Source: Pusillimonas sp.
GTDB lineage: Bacteria; Pseudomonadota; Gammaproteobacteria; Burkholderiales; Burkholderiaceae_B
Direction of reading: 5' to 3'
Length of the DNA stretch: 64,000 bases
Assembly (NCBI GenBank): GCA_049672825.1
Contig: JBATWU010000032.1
Location: forward strand, 7,794 to 71,793
Under the pieces are notes generated by a model. That model saw only the letters and a list, made by a program, of their open reading frames with translations, ran no database searches and was not told the DNA's origin. Position 1 is the first letter of the stretch, and each line of letters starts with the position of its first letter. Below, one piece after another: positions 47,758 through 56,431 of the stretch. A program made the translations under genes and the position numbers.

Positions 47758-49165
47758 CGACCTGGACATTGCCGATCGGCTGGGCCGCCGCCATGCCGAT
47801 CTTTGCGTGACGGGCGCCACCGTCATGACGCCCAGCGGTCGCACGATGTGCGATGTGGTCTGCCTGGCTGGTCGCATCGTGGCGCTGGACGCCACCGGGT
47901 GGACCGCAGACACCACTCTCGATGCGGCGGGCCTGCATGTGCTGCCCGGAGTGATCGACAGCCAGGTTCACTTCCGCGAGCCCGGACTCACGCACAAAGA
48001 AACCTTCGAGGCGGGTACGCGCGGCGCGGCGCTGGGCGGCGTGACCGGTGTTTTCGAGATGCCCAACACGAATCCGCTGACGCTGACGGTTGACGACTTG
48101 CAGGCCAAGCTCGACCGCGCCCAAGGCTGCGCCTGGTGCGACTACGCCTTCTACATCGGCGGCTCGGCGGTGAACGCGGAGCAGCTCGCCGAGCTGGAGC
48201 GGCTGCCCGGCTGCGCGGGCGTCAAGGTCTTCATGGGCAGTTCTTTCGGCGATCTCCTGGCCGACGACGAAGACGTGCTGCGCCGGATCGTGCGCCATGG
48301 CCGCCGCCGCATGGCGGTGCACGCCGAGGATGAGGCCCGGCTGCGCGAGCGCAAGATTTTGGTGCAGGAAAGCGGCGACGTGCGCGACCATCCCGCCTGG
48401 CGCGATGTAACCAGTGCCCTGGCGGCCACCCAGCGCATCGTTCGCCTGGCGGCCGAGGTGGACCGCCGGCTGCACATCCTGCACGTCTCCTCGGCAGAGG
48501 AAATGGCCTTCCTGGCGGCGCACAAGCACCGCGTCAGCGTGGAGGCCACGCCGCACCACCTGACCCTGGCCGCACCGGACTGCTATGAGCGCCTGGGCAG
48601 CTTTGCCCAGATGAATCCGCCGGTGCGGGAGCCGCACCACCGCGAAGCCCTATGGCAGGCGGTGCGAGACGGCGTGGTGGACGTGCTGGGCAGCGACCAT
48701 GCGCCGCACACCTTGCAGGAAAAGGCGCAGCCTTATCCGCAGTCGCCCAGCGGCATGACCGGCGTGCAGACCTTGGTGCCGATCATGCTCGATCATGTGC
48801 ATGCGGGCCGGCTCAGCCTGGAACGGCTGGTGGATCTCACCAGCGCAGGGCCGGCCCGCATCTTCGGCCTGGCGGGCAAGGGGCGCATTGCGCTCGGCTA
48901 CGACGCCGACCTGACGCTGGTCGATCTGAAGGCCCGCCGAGAGATTACCAACCGCTGGATTGCCAGCGTGGCGGGCTGGACACCTTACGACGGCGTACGA
49001 GTGACAGGATGGCCGATAGCCTCCGTGGTGCGCGGTCATGTCGTAGTGCGGGATGAAACCTTGGCCGGACAACCGTTGGGCGGCCCCCTTGCATTCCTGG
49101 AGGCGGCGTCGCCCCAGGGCCACGGGTCTTTACAAGGGCCGGCCGGAACCGGGGGAACATCATGA
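47750..49165 (+). CDS. Dihydroorotase/allantoinase-like cyclic amidohydrolase paralogue
   Basis: Start at [11 protein letters not shown]. Motifs: [13 protein letters not shown] (canonical D-x-H-x-H with Gln in place of the first His), [29 protein letters not shown] and GSDHAPH. Confidence 0.85.
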   Translation: MLNDLDIADRLGRRHADLCVTGATVMTPSGRTMCDVVCLAGRIVALDATGWTADTTLDAAGLHVLPGVIDSQVHFREPGLTHKETFEAGTRGAALGGVTGVFEMPNTNPLTLTVDDLQAKLDRAQGCAWCDYAFYIGGSAVNAEQLAELERLPGCAGVKVFMGSSFGDLLADDEDVLRRIVRHGRRRMAVHAEDEARLRERKILVQESGDVRDHPAWRDVTSALAATQRIVRLAAEVDRRLHILHVSSAEEMAFLAAHKHRVSVEATPHHLTLAAPDCYERLGSFAQMNPPVREPHHREALWQAVRDGVVDVLGSDHAPHTLQEKAQPYPQSPSGMTGVQTLVPIMLDHVHAGRLSLERLVDLTSAGPARIFGLAGKGRIALGYDADLTLVDLKARREITNRWIASVAGWTPYDGVRVTGWPIASVVRGHVVVRDETLAGQPLGGPLAFLEAASPQGHGSLQGPAGTGGTS

Positions 49166-49329
49166 ACGATAGCGGCGAATTGAAACGCGCGGGGCTGAAA
49201 GCGACGCTACCGCAGCTGCGGATATTGGACCTGTTCGAGGAAACGGACCAGCGACACCTGTCGGCAGAGGATGGTTATCGTCTTCTGCTGGATAAGAACG
49301 TGGAGAGTGCGAGCATTGGCACCTCATGA
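49162..49329 (+). pseudogene. Fur-family regulator, N-terminal 55-aa fragment only
   Basis: This ORF is not in the ORF track: [55 protein letters not shown]-stop. It aligns with E. coli Fur residues ~8-55 (LKKAGLKVTLPRLKILEVLQEPDNHHVSAEDLYKRLID). The recognition helix, dimerisation domain and metal sites are missing. ATGA overlap with the upstream stop. Confidence 0.6.
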
Positions 49330-49354
49330 CACCATTGACGACAAGGAGGTCAGC

Positions 49355-49891
49355 ATGACCACTCAAACCGATACCCCTTCGCCCGCCGATAGTGTGGCCG
49401 GGCACGATACTACGACGGCTGTGCGTTTTGCCGCTAGGACTTCGGTCGAACAAGTTGAAGAAGGTACCGCACTGGCACCCAAGTTCGACCGCGACGGGCT
49501 CATCCCCTGCGTGACCACCGATGCCGATACCGGGGAGGTGCTGATGTTGGGCTACATGAACGCCGAAGCCCTACACATGACGATCGAAACCGGTGCGGCG
49601 CATTATTGGAGCCGGTCACGCCAGACGGTGTGGCACAAAGGCGCCACCAGTGGGCTGGTGCAGGCGGTCGAGGAATTGCGCATTGACGACGACCAGGATG
49701 CCGTCTGGCTGCGCGCGCGGGTGGCCGGCTCGGGCGCAAGCTGCCATGTGGGGTATCGGTCCTGCTTCTATCGGCGCGTTCCGATCGGAAACGAACGCAC
49801 GCAAGGCGATGCGCTGGTCTTCAGGGAAGCCGACAAAAAATTTGACCCTAAACAGGTCTACGGCGATGCGCCAAATCCCACTATTCTGTGA
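49355..49891 (+). CDS. hisI: Phosphoribosyl-AMP cyclohydrolase (HisI) paralogue
   Basis: ATG follows AAGGAGG. PRA-CH core [80 protein letters not shown]. The canonical DCDxD reads DDDQD here. Confidence 0.9.
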   Translation: MTTQTDTPSPADSVAGHDTTTAVRFAARTSVEQVEEGTALAPKFDRDGLIPCVTTDADTGEVLMLGYMNAEALHMTIETGAAHYWSRSRQTVWHKGATSGLVQAVEELRIDDDQDAVWLRARVAGSGASCHVGYRSCFYRRVPIGNERTQGDALVFREADKKFDPKQVYGDAPNPTIL

Positions 49892-50024
49892 ACATAGACA
49901 ATGGCGAGCGCGTCCGGATGGATTTCGCGAGTCGCTGCTCGCTATAGCGGGCAGATATCCACACCCTTGGAGAGTTCCCAATGAACAGATTTGATTCCTA
50001 CTGGCATGGAGGCATGCTGGCAAA

Positions 50025-50228
50025 ATGACCTATGATCCCAATAACATCTTTGCCAAGATTCTACGCGGTGAAGCGGCTGGCCAGACCGTACCGCATTGTC
50101 ACTTCCACGTCATCCCGAGAGGACCGGACACGATGTTCCGTGACCATGCGGCTGTTCCTGCTCAACCAGAGGCGCTAGAAATAGTCGCCGAGCGAATTCG
50201 GGCCTGCCTACAGGCCGATACTGCGTGA
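50025..50228 (+). pseudogene. HIT-family (histidine triad) gene with large internal in-frame deletion
   Basis: The 67-aa ORF MTYDPNNIFAKILRGE|AAGQTVPHCHFHVIPR... joins the HIT N-terminus directly to the HxHxH motif region. About 70 residues of the expected core are absent. Confidence 0.6.
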
Positions 50229-50668
50229 GGTCAGATGCCGGCACTTTGCTCGTTCAATGCACCGCGCATCGCCAGCAAGGTTTCGTTCTTAATCGTAGCG
50301 ATCAGTGCTTGAGCTTTTTGGGTGACCGCCACCATTTCTTCGGCCGGTTCGGGCTCATTCCCCGTTTATGGGGAAGAGCTGCAAGTCCTTGTTTTCGCGA
50401 TGGAAATGGGGCTTGGTGAGACGGGGTGGGAATAGGATATGGTGGCTGGGGCGGAATCTGATTGATGGCCGGGAAGCACGTAGAGACGTGCTTTTCCGGA
50501 CTTATGTGAACTGCGGGGTACAAGCTGGGGTACAAGTGCAAAAAAACAACAAAACTGGCCTGCGGTTCGATCTCTATGTCGGATTCGAGCAGTGGGATCA
50601 GTCAGGTGTTCTCGGCACGCAACGCAGTGAGGTCATTGCGAGTTTCCATCAAATATCTGCATCTCCAT

Positions 50669-51862
50669 TCACATGTCGTTCGTCGATTCGCTACCACGCT
50701 TGATTCTCCGTACTTCTAATTCCCGTCGTGTTTTGTCCAGCTCCTCGGCCAGCAGCTTTTCATCCGGCAGCGCCGTCCGGTATTCAGCTGTCAGCACTTT
50801 GTTGGATAAACCCTCCAGCGTATAGTGGGCCTCGTTGCTGCCTTTGCCTGCACACAGGATCAGCCCTATAGGTGGGTTTTCGCCAGGTTTCATCCAATGT
50901 GTTCGTGCGTAATTCAGGTACATGTGCATTTGACCGGCATCGGCGTAACTAAACTGGCCGACTTTGAGATCAATAACCAGCAAACATTTCAAACTGCGGT
51001 GAAAGAACAAGAGGTCGATACGAAACCAACTATCGTCCAGGCGCAGGCGCCGCTGACGGCCGACAAAGGCAAAATCGTCTCCTAGCTCCAATAAGAAGTC
51101 GGCTAAATGCTGGATCAGTGCCTCTTCAAGGTCGGACTCAGAATACTCGTCCTTGAGATTGAGAAACTCCAGCACGAACGGGTCTTTAATTGCCTGTTCG
51201 GGCGTGATGACATCACCAGGTGCGGCTACCTCACCCTTTTCCAGCATCGCAGTCTTGTTGTGCGATAGGGCGGTGCGCTCGTAAAACTGGCTGTTCACTT
51301 GCCGGTCGAGCTGGCGCACTGACCAACCGCAACGTAGCGTCTCGGTTTCGTAGAAAGCACGGGCCTGTGGATTCTTGACCGAGAGTAGGCGCACGTAGGC
51401 TGACCATGGCAGCGGGAAAGCCTTGGCTAGAGAGGCGAGGTCGATGGAATTCCGAGTCGCCGTTCCGGAATTTCTAGCAGGTACAGAATTGCCGGAAATT
51501 GCCTGGCGAATTAGAGGAAGCGTGAATTGCGCAGACACTGTCTGCGCAATCTGGTCAGTTGGCCAAGCTAGATAAAACAGTCGCATTTGTTCGAGGTTTC
51601 GCTTGGAAAAACCACGACCAAAGCGAGCACTCAAGTCGGTTGCCAGCCGCACCATCAAGGCCTCGCCGTAGTGGGCCCGTTCCTGCCCGCCCTGTTCGAA
51701 TTCCACAATACGACGACCAATTTCCCAATAGCTGGCGGTCATTAACGAATTGACGCTACGTGCGGCGGCACCGCGGGCGGAATCCAGCAGCGTGACGATG
51801 TCGGTGTGGACTGCTGCGTAAGCGGCCTGATTAGACACGGCGGGCGTGCTGTGGTCGTTCAT
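50669..51862 (-). CDS. DUF1016/YhcG-family PD-(D/E)XK nuclease-fold protein
   Basis: 397-aa ORF. N-terminal helical region: YWEIGRRIVEFEQGGQERAHYGEALMVRLATDLSARFGRGFSKRNLEQMRLFY. C-terminal nuclease core: IDLLFFHRSLKCLLVIDLKVGQFSYADAGQMHMYLNY. Confidence 0.85.
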   Translation of the reverse strand: MNDHSTPAVSNQAAYAAVHTDIVTLLDSARGAAARSVNSLMTASYWEIGRRIVEFEQGGQERAHYGEALMVRLATDLSARFGRGFSKRNLEQMRLFYLAWPTDQIAQTVSAQFTLPLIRQAISGNSVPARNSGTATRNSIDLASLAKAFPLPWSAYVRLLSVKNPQARAFYETETLRCGWSVRQLDRQVNSQFYERTALSHNKTAMLEKGEVAAPGDVITPEQAIKDPFVLEFLNLKDEYSESDLEEALIQHLADFLLELGDDFAFVGRQRRLRLDDSWFRIDLLFFHRSLKCLLVIDLKVGQFSYADAGQMHMYLNYARTHWMKPGENPPIGLILCAGKGSNEAHYTLEGLSNKVLTAEYRTALPDEKLLAEELDKTRRELEVRRIKRGSESTNDM

Positions 51863-51984
51863 ACCTGCTCCTTAGACATAGCATTATTTTGCACGACCCT
51901 TGCCTCATATGGGGCGGCATCCAATTGGCACTGTGCAGGGTCCGTACTATCAATAAAAATTAAAGCAAACAATAGCACCTTGGC

Positions 51985-52281
51985 CTAGCTGGAAAATGCC
52001 TTGTTCCGTTCAATGAGCGCATGCAGGCTGGCTGCTGTGATGCCGCTGGACCGCTTGCCTATCTTGATGAGTACCAGCTCGCCTTCGTTGACTAACCGAT
52101 AGATGGTTGATCGGGACACCCCAAGTTTCGCCTCTGCTGTGTGAATGCGATACAGAAGTGCCTGGTCGGATTGCTGCAGGGCTTGATGTCCGGTTGACGG
52201 GTAGCCAAAGATGTTTGGCAGGGTCTGTTCCTTCATTTCTTCCTCCATTAAACCTTGGGAAACATCCTGAGCGGTAATCAC
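51985..52281 (-). CDS. AlpA/excisionase-type (HTH_17) small DNA-binding protein
   Basis: HTH block AEAKLGVSRSTIYRLVNEGELVLIKIGKRS. The start is uncertain; internal Met codons lie near 52248-52236. Confidence 0.7.
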   Translation of the reverse strand: MITAQDVSQGLMEEEMKEQTLPNIFGYPSTGHQALQQSDQALLYRIHTAEAKLGVSRSTIYRLVNEGELVLIKIGKRSSGITAASLHALIERNKAFSS

Positions 52282-52813
52282 CCAAGATGCTTTCCAAAGC
52301 AGGCGCGGTCAGCGCCTTCGTGACTGGTCCGCCAAGATGCAGCGATGGAAACCAGTTGCTTGGATCATTTTCGGTAGAGCCCGCCGCTGACCCACTATCG
52401 TGGTTCGTCGGGTTGCTGAAAACTGCGGTCTTTGCCGCTGTCATCAATGGATTACGCGCCATCCATCGAATGTGGCCTGCCTTTGGCAGTACCGGCGTCC
52501 GTAGTTACGGATCGTCATCTACTTCCCCCGGTTTATGCCAGTCGCTACCGGCCCAAGAGAGAAATGATTTTTCACCTGCTTTACTCCTACCCAGGTGCTT
52601 ATCGCCCCGCATGATGCCGGCGACACGGGTAGCCGCGCACTCGCACCGCCCGTTGTAGGGCAGGGCGCGGTATTCATCGGTGTCGTGTTGTTAAAGAGCA
52701 GGCTTGTAGCAATCATTACGTATCTACTTGCTATAGTCAATATGTAAGTAATAATAAATAGTCGTGTAGAAGACTAAAAGCTCAAGAAAACCGAAAAATC
52801 TGCTTTGGAGTGA

Positions 52814-52854
52814 CACAAAAAGAATCGCCCTGGTTCGCTATGGAACCCAGGGCG
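52814..52854 (-). terminator. Intrinsic terminator downstream of the XRE gene (hairpin could act bidirectionally)
   Basis: The plus strand reads CGCCCTGGTTC-gctatg-GAACCCAGGGCG, an 11-12 bp stem with one bulge. On the minus strand it is followed directly by ATTCTTTTTG. On the plus strand a T-run follows about 10 nt later. Confidence 0.6.
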
Positions 52855-52928
52855 GTTCGGGTATTTTTATTGTTTGTTTTTGTATCTTGGGTGATAGCTG
52901 AGGACTCAATCCACTAGGTCGTCGGTGC

Positions 52929-53303
52929 TCAATCGTGGTCTTTGGTGCGTTTGGCTTGTTGCCCGATCTTCATCTTTATGTAGTCACCGATATCTTCCAG
53001 TACGGGGGCAGGCAGTTCCTCCAACGTATACCTAGAGGTTTCCGGCCATGGCCATTCCATCTCAAACATCTCTCCCTTGCCAGTGACAAGCCATTCAGCA
53101 CGAACGTGAAGGGCTGCCGCAATCCAAACGATGTGACGGGAAGTCTCGTTGCGACCGTTTTCAATATGGGCGATAGCACTTTGGCTTATAGGGGGGTCGA
53201 GGAGGTTGGCCAATGCTTCTTGGGATAGGCCGCGCTTCTTACGTGCGGCAAGTAAGCGTTCGCCTATGCTGCTTGTAGGACTCGGCGTCATGGAATTCTT
53301 CAA
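52929..53303 (-). CDS. XRE/Cro-CI family HTH regulator
   Basis: HTH_3 block IGERLLAARKKRGLSQEALANLLDPPISQSAIAHIENGRN. The C-terminal ~55 aa belong to no recognised domain. Confidence 0.8.
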   Translation of the reverse strand: MKNSMTPSPTSSIGERLLAARKKRGLSQEALANLLDPPISQSAIAHIENGRNETSRHIVWIAAALHVRAEWLVTGKGEMFEMEWPWPETSRYTLEELPAPVLEDIGDYIKMKIGQQAKRTKDHD

Positions 53304-53651
53304 TTGGTGGATGCATTGTTGGTGAGTTGTAAGTGTATATGTAATTTAAAAACATTGCTTGTCTAATATGAATTCAACCGTATTCTATTAGGTAAGTAAT
53401 CATAATGGGCTATTGTGACATTTAATGATACGGCGTGAGAGGAAAGAATGGTCAAGAGTATGACTATTCACTTGCCAGTGAGTTGTATCACTTTTTGATA
53501 GTAGGGACGCGATTTTTCTACCCCGAGACAGCTAGGGTATAAATATGAGTGGGGCTGAAAGATAGCCCATCGGTGCTTAATATGCTCTGCTAAGGCGAGC
53601 AGCACGGAAGGCTTTTTTACGGCCGGCAGTTAAGCTAGCGGCTGTCTAGAC

Positions 53652-54971
53652 TCATGGCGTATCTTCACTTCTTCGCCGCTTCCAGAGCGTAGTTCGTGAT
53701 ATACCAAGTCGCTTTGCTGCTTCACCTACCCTTCCACCGCACTCAGCGATCACTCGCTCAATCTCTTCTCGTTCTGCGTCTGCACGTGCGCGGTAAAGAG
53801 AGGGCTGTGTGCCTGGTTGCTGAGACATTTCAGGAAATATGTCGCTGACATCGAGTACGGATCTGTCGGCTAATGCGCAGGCCTGCACGATCCTATTTGT
53901 AAGTTCACGCACATTCCCGGGCCACTGATGCGTGACAAGTGCCTTTTTTGCTGCGTCAGCAAGCGAGAAGGGTGCTAACGGATTGTTGGAGCCGTAAGCT
54001 TCCAAGAATTTTTCTGTCAGCGGAATGACATCTGCCACTCGTTCCCGCAGAGAGGGAAGGGTAAGTTGAGCGTTCTGCAAGCGATAGTAAAGATCAGCAC
54101 GCAACTGACCCGACTCAAGAGCCGCGTTGATATCTGCGGTGGTCGCTGCCACGACACGTCCCTTGAAAGGTACAAACGTATTGCCCCCGACTCTGTGGAA
54201 ACCCCCATCCTGCAGTGCACGAGCAAGAAGAATTTGCATCTTCGGATGCATTTCACAAATTTCATCTAAGAATAATGTGCCTGTGCCTACCTGCTCCAAC
54301 AAACCCATACTAGGCATCGAGGCGCTATGTGCAGGGGCGATTTCACTGCCGAAATACTTACTTTCTAACGTCGTCTCAGTGATGTCTGCACAGCTGACAG
54401 GGATCAAAGGCGCTGGTGGCCGCCCAGAGGCTTCATGGATTAGCCGGGCAGCCATTTCCTTGCCCGTGCCACTTTCTCCTACGAGTAATATTGAAAAACT
54501 CTCTCGCGCCAACCGTCTTAAATGAGATACAACCCGGCCCATCTCCGGTGTTTCATAGTGAAAGCCGCGTAACGGAGTCTTTACCCCACGCGGCAGTGTG
54601 GCACGAGCAAGGCTAGCCTTGATTCGCCTGACAAGTTCATTAATGTCATACGGCTTTATCAAATAGTCAGTGGCACCTGTTTTGACCAGGTCAATGGCTT
54701 GCTGAATATCTGCGTATGCCGTAGCAAATATAACGTCCGTTTCCCATATGAGCTTCCCCGCGCGCTTGTATAAGTCCGTACCGGTTCCGTCGGGAAGCCT
54801 AATGTCGCACAGCATGAGTGCAGGTTCGTACTTCTCAAGGCTTCCCAGCGCTTCAGAAACAGTTTGTGCCCAGTGAACCGACATCCCTTCCAAACGTAGG
54901 CGTTGTGCTACGGCCCCACCCAAGACGCCATCGTCTTCAACCAAGAGTACGTCGATATTTTCTCGTTTCAT
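53652..54971 (-). CDS. NtrC-family response regulator (REC + AAA+ sigma-54-interaction-type domain + Fis HTH) lacking the GAFTGA loop
   Basis: REC block: VLLVEDD..., LMLCDIRLPDGTG. Walker A GESGTGKE. Walker B TLFLDEI. WPGNVREL. Fis-type HTH AAKRLGISRTTLWKR. Where ESELFGHEKGAFTGA is expected, the sequence reads ESKYFGSEIAPAHSAS. Confidence 0.9.
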   Translation of the reverse strand: MKRENIDVLLVEDDGVLGGAVAQRLRLEGMSVHWAQTVSEALGSLEKYEPALMLCDIRLPDGTGTDLYKRAGKLIWETDVIFATAYADIQQAIDLVKTGATDYLIKPYDINELVRRIKASLARATLPRGVKTPLRGFHYETPEMGRVVSHLRRLARESFSILLVGESGTGKEMAARLIHEASGRPPAPLIPVSCADITETTLESKYFGSEIAPAHSASMPSMGLLEQVGTGTLFLDEICEMHPKMQILLARALQDGGFHRVGGNTFVPFKGRVVAATTADINAALESGQLRADLYYRLQNAQLTLPSLRERVADVIPLTEKFLEAYGSNNPLAPFSLADAAKKALVTHQWPGNVRELTNRIVQACALADRSVLDVSDIFPEMSQQPGTQPSLYRARADAEREEIERVIAECGGRVGEAAKRLGISRTTLWKRRRSEDTP

Positions 54972-56371
54972 TGAGTGTTAATCTCCATCAAGAGAAATCT
55001 TAACTCGATGGTAGAGCCTTGGCCTTCTTCGTTGTACACCGTAATTTCACCATTCATATCCTGGGTTAGGCGGCGTACGATCTCCAACCCTAGGGATCGG
55101 TCGCTGAGTGTTGCATCTTCGGCCAAAAGAAAGTTTCGTACGTGCTGGGGTAACCCATCGCCCTCGTCGCTTACCTTCATGGTAAAGACGTTGTCACGGT
55201 AAGACGCCTCAAGTGTCACTGTGCCGCCTGCTGGTGAAGACTGGATGGCGTTGAGCAGGAGGTTTAGAGCAATTTGCCGGATTTTGAACGCATCCAGTTG
55301 TATCGACGGAAATGGTGCAAGATGATGTGCCGCATTCACTCTTTTGCGTGCCGCATGGGGTTCTACCAGTAGGAGCACGTCATGCAGGTCCTGGCTTTCC
55401 AGGTCAGGGCCTGGAGCGCTTGGACGATACGTCTTTAACGTCGCCTCCGCAACACCCTGAAGGGACTGGATTCCGCGGTCTATGAAATCCAATGCTTCAC
55501 CCCGACTACGGGTATTTTCACCATACATACGTATGGTCTGGAGGGCAGTCATCATGCCAGTCAGTGGATTGCGCAGCTCATGAGCCAGCGTTGCAGCAAT
55601 GCGACCTAACAATGCCTGCTGGTCTTGCTTAGCAAGTTGCTCGGACAGTCTTTCGCGATCCTGCACGGCCGTAGTCATACGGTTGTATGCCAGCATTAGC
55701 GTAGACGTTTCTTCGTCGTCCTTTGGGATGTTTGATTCTTCAATTTTCTGAGGACCGAAAGCGACCGCACTTGATAAATGCTCGTTTATGATTCTTAACG
55801 GGCGTTGCATACGGCGAATTACTATGTAGCCACCGAGCGCGGCCACGATACTCATCAGTGCGCTAATTAGCAATAGCTGTAAATGCAGGGCTGAGCGCTT
55901 TTGCGCATATTCGGAAAGATCTAAGTTCGCAGCGATGATTCCGCTTTCTCCCAACTCACGCCAGACCCACATGCTTTGGGATTCAGGTTCATAAGCGTAC
56001 CCCTTTGGGATTTGGGTAACGGCGTCAGGCGGCGGTGTGATAGCTTTCAGATTGGGGCCGGATACATGAGCAATGGTGCCGGTGCCCTTGTCGATGAGCG
56101 CGAGCTGCCGGTCCACTATACCCAAATAAAAATCTAAGGATTGTCGCAGGGCTCGCTCAATTCCTTCTAAGTCATGCTGCCGATAGGCGGGCAGAACTGA
56201 CGCAGACAGTCCGTCCAGATAAACTTGTCCCACTCGCTCCGTCAGCTGTTCATACTGTTTCGATAGGCTGAGGACTGCTATCTGTGTCACCATCATAGCG
56301 ATCGCAAAGATCATGATGGCGGAAAGCAAAGGGATCCTGACCAATAGAGGTATACGGCGGAACCATTTCAA
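54968..56371 (-). CDS. Sensor histidine kinase (two TM segments, periplasmic domain, HisKA + HATPase_c)
   Basis: H-box IAATLAHELRNPLTGM. N-box NLLLNAIQSS. G-box VSDEGDGLP ... GLGLEIV. 4-nt overlap with the regulator gene. Confidence 0.9.
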   Translation of the reverse strand: MKWFRRIPLLVRIPLLSAIMIFAIAMMVTQIAVLSLSKQYEQLTERVGQVYLDGLSASVLPAYRQHDLEGIERALRQSLDFYLGIVDRQLALIDKGTGTIAHVSGPNLKAITPPPDAVTQIPKGYAYEPESQSMWVWRELGESGIIAANLDLSEYAQKRSALHLQLLLISALMSIVAALGGYIVIRRMQRPLRIINEHLSSAVAFGPQKIEESNIPKDDEETSTLMLAYNRMTTAVQDRERLSEQLAKQDQQALLGRIAATLAHELRNPLTGMMTALQTIRMYGENTRSRGEALDFIDRGIQSLQGVAEATLKTYRPSAPGPDLESQDLHDVLLLVEPHAARKRVNAAHHLAPFPSIQLDAFKIRQIALNLLLNAIQSSPAGGTVTLEASYRDNVFTMKVSDEGDGLPQHVRNFLLAEDATLSDRSLGLEIVRRLTQDMNGEITVYNEEGQGSTIELRFLLMEINTQ

Positions 56372-56431
56372 AATATCGGACTCCTCTTGTCACGCACTGG
56401 CATATTATTAATGCTGCGCCACAGCCAGAGC

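Noticed and set aside
50358-50375. Hairpin TTCCCC-gtttat-GGGGAA as a CRISPR repeat or REP element. A loosely similar string ttcccccggtttatgcc lies at 52521-52537.
   Set aside because: There is only a single true copy and no regular spacing. The second string lacks the inverted arm. No cas genes are present. No CRISPR array exists in the window.
50564-50572. GGTTCGATC T-loop-like string as a possible tRNA or tRNA fragment (att site) at the island edge.
   Set aside because: The flanking bases do not form a T-stem (tgcgg / tctat), and no acceptor or anticodon arms could be built.
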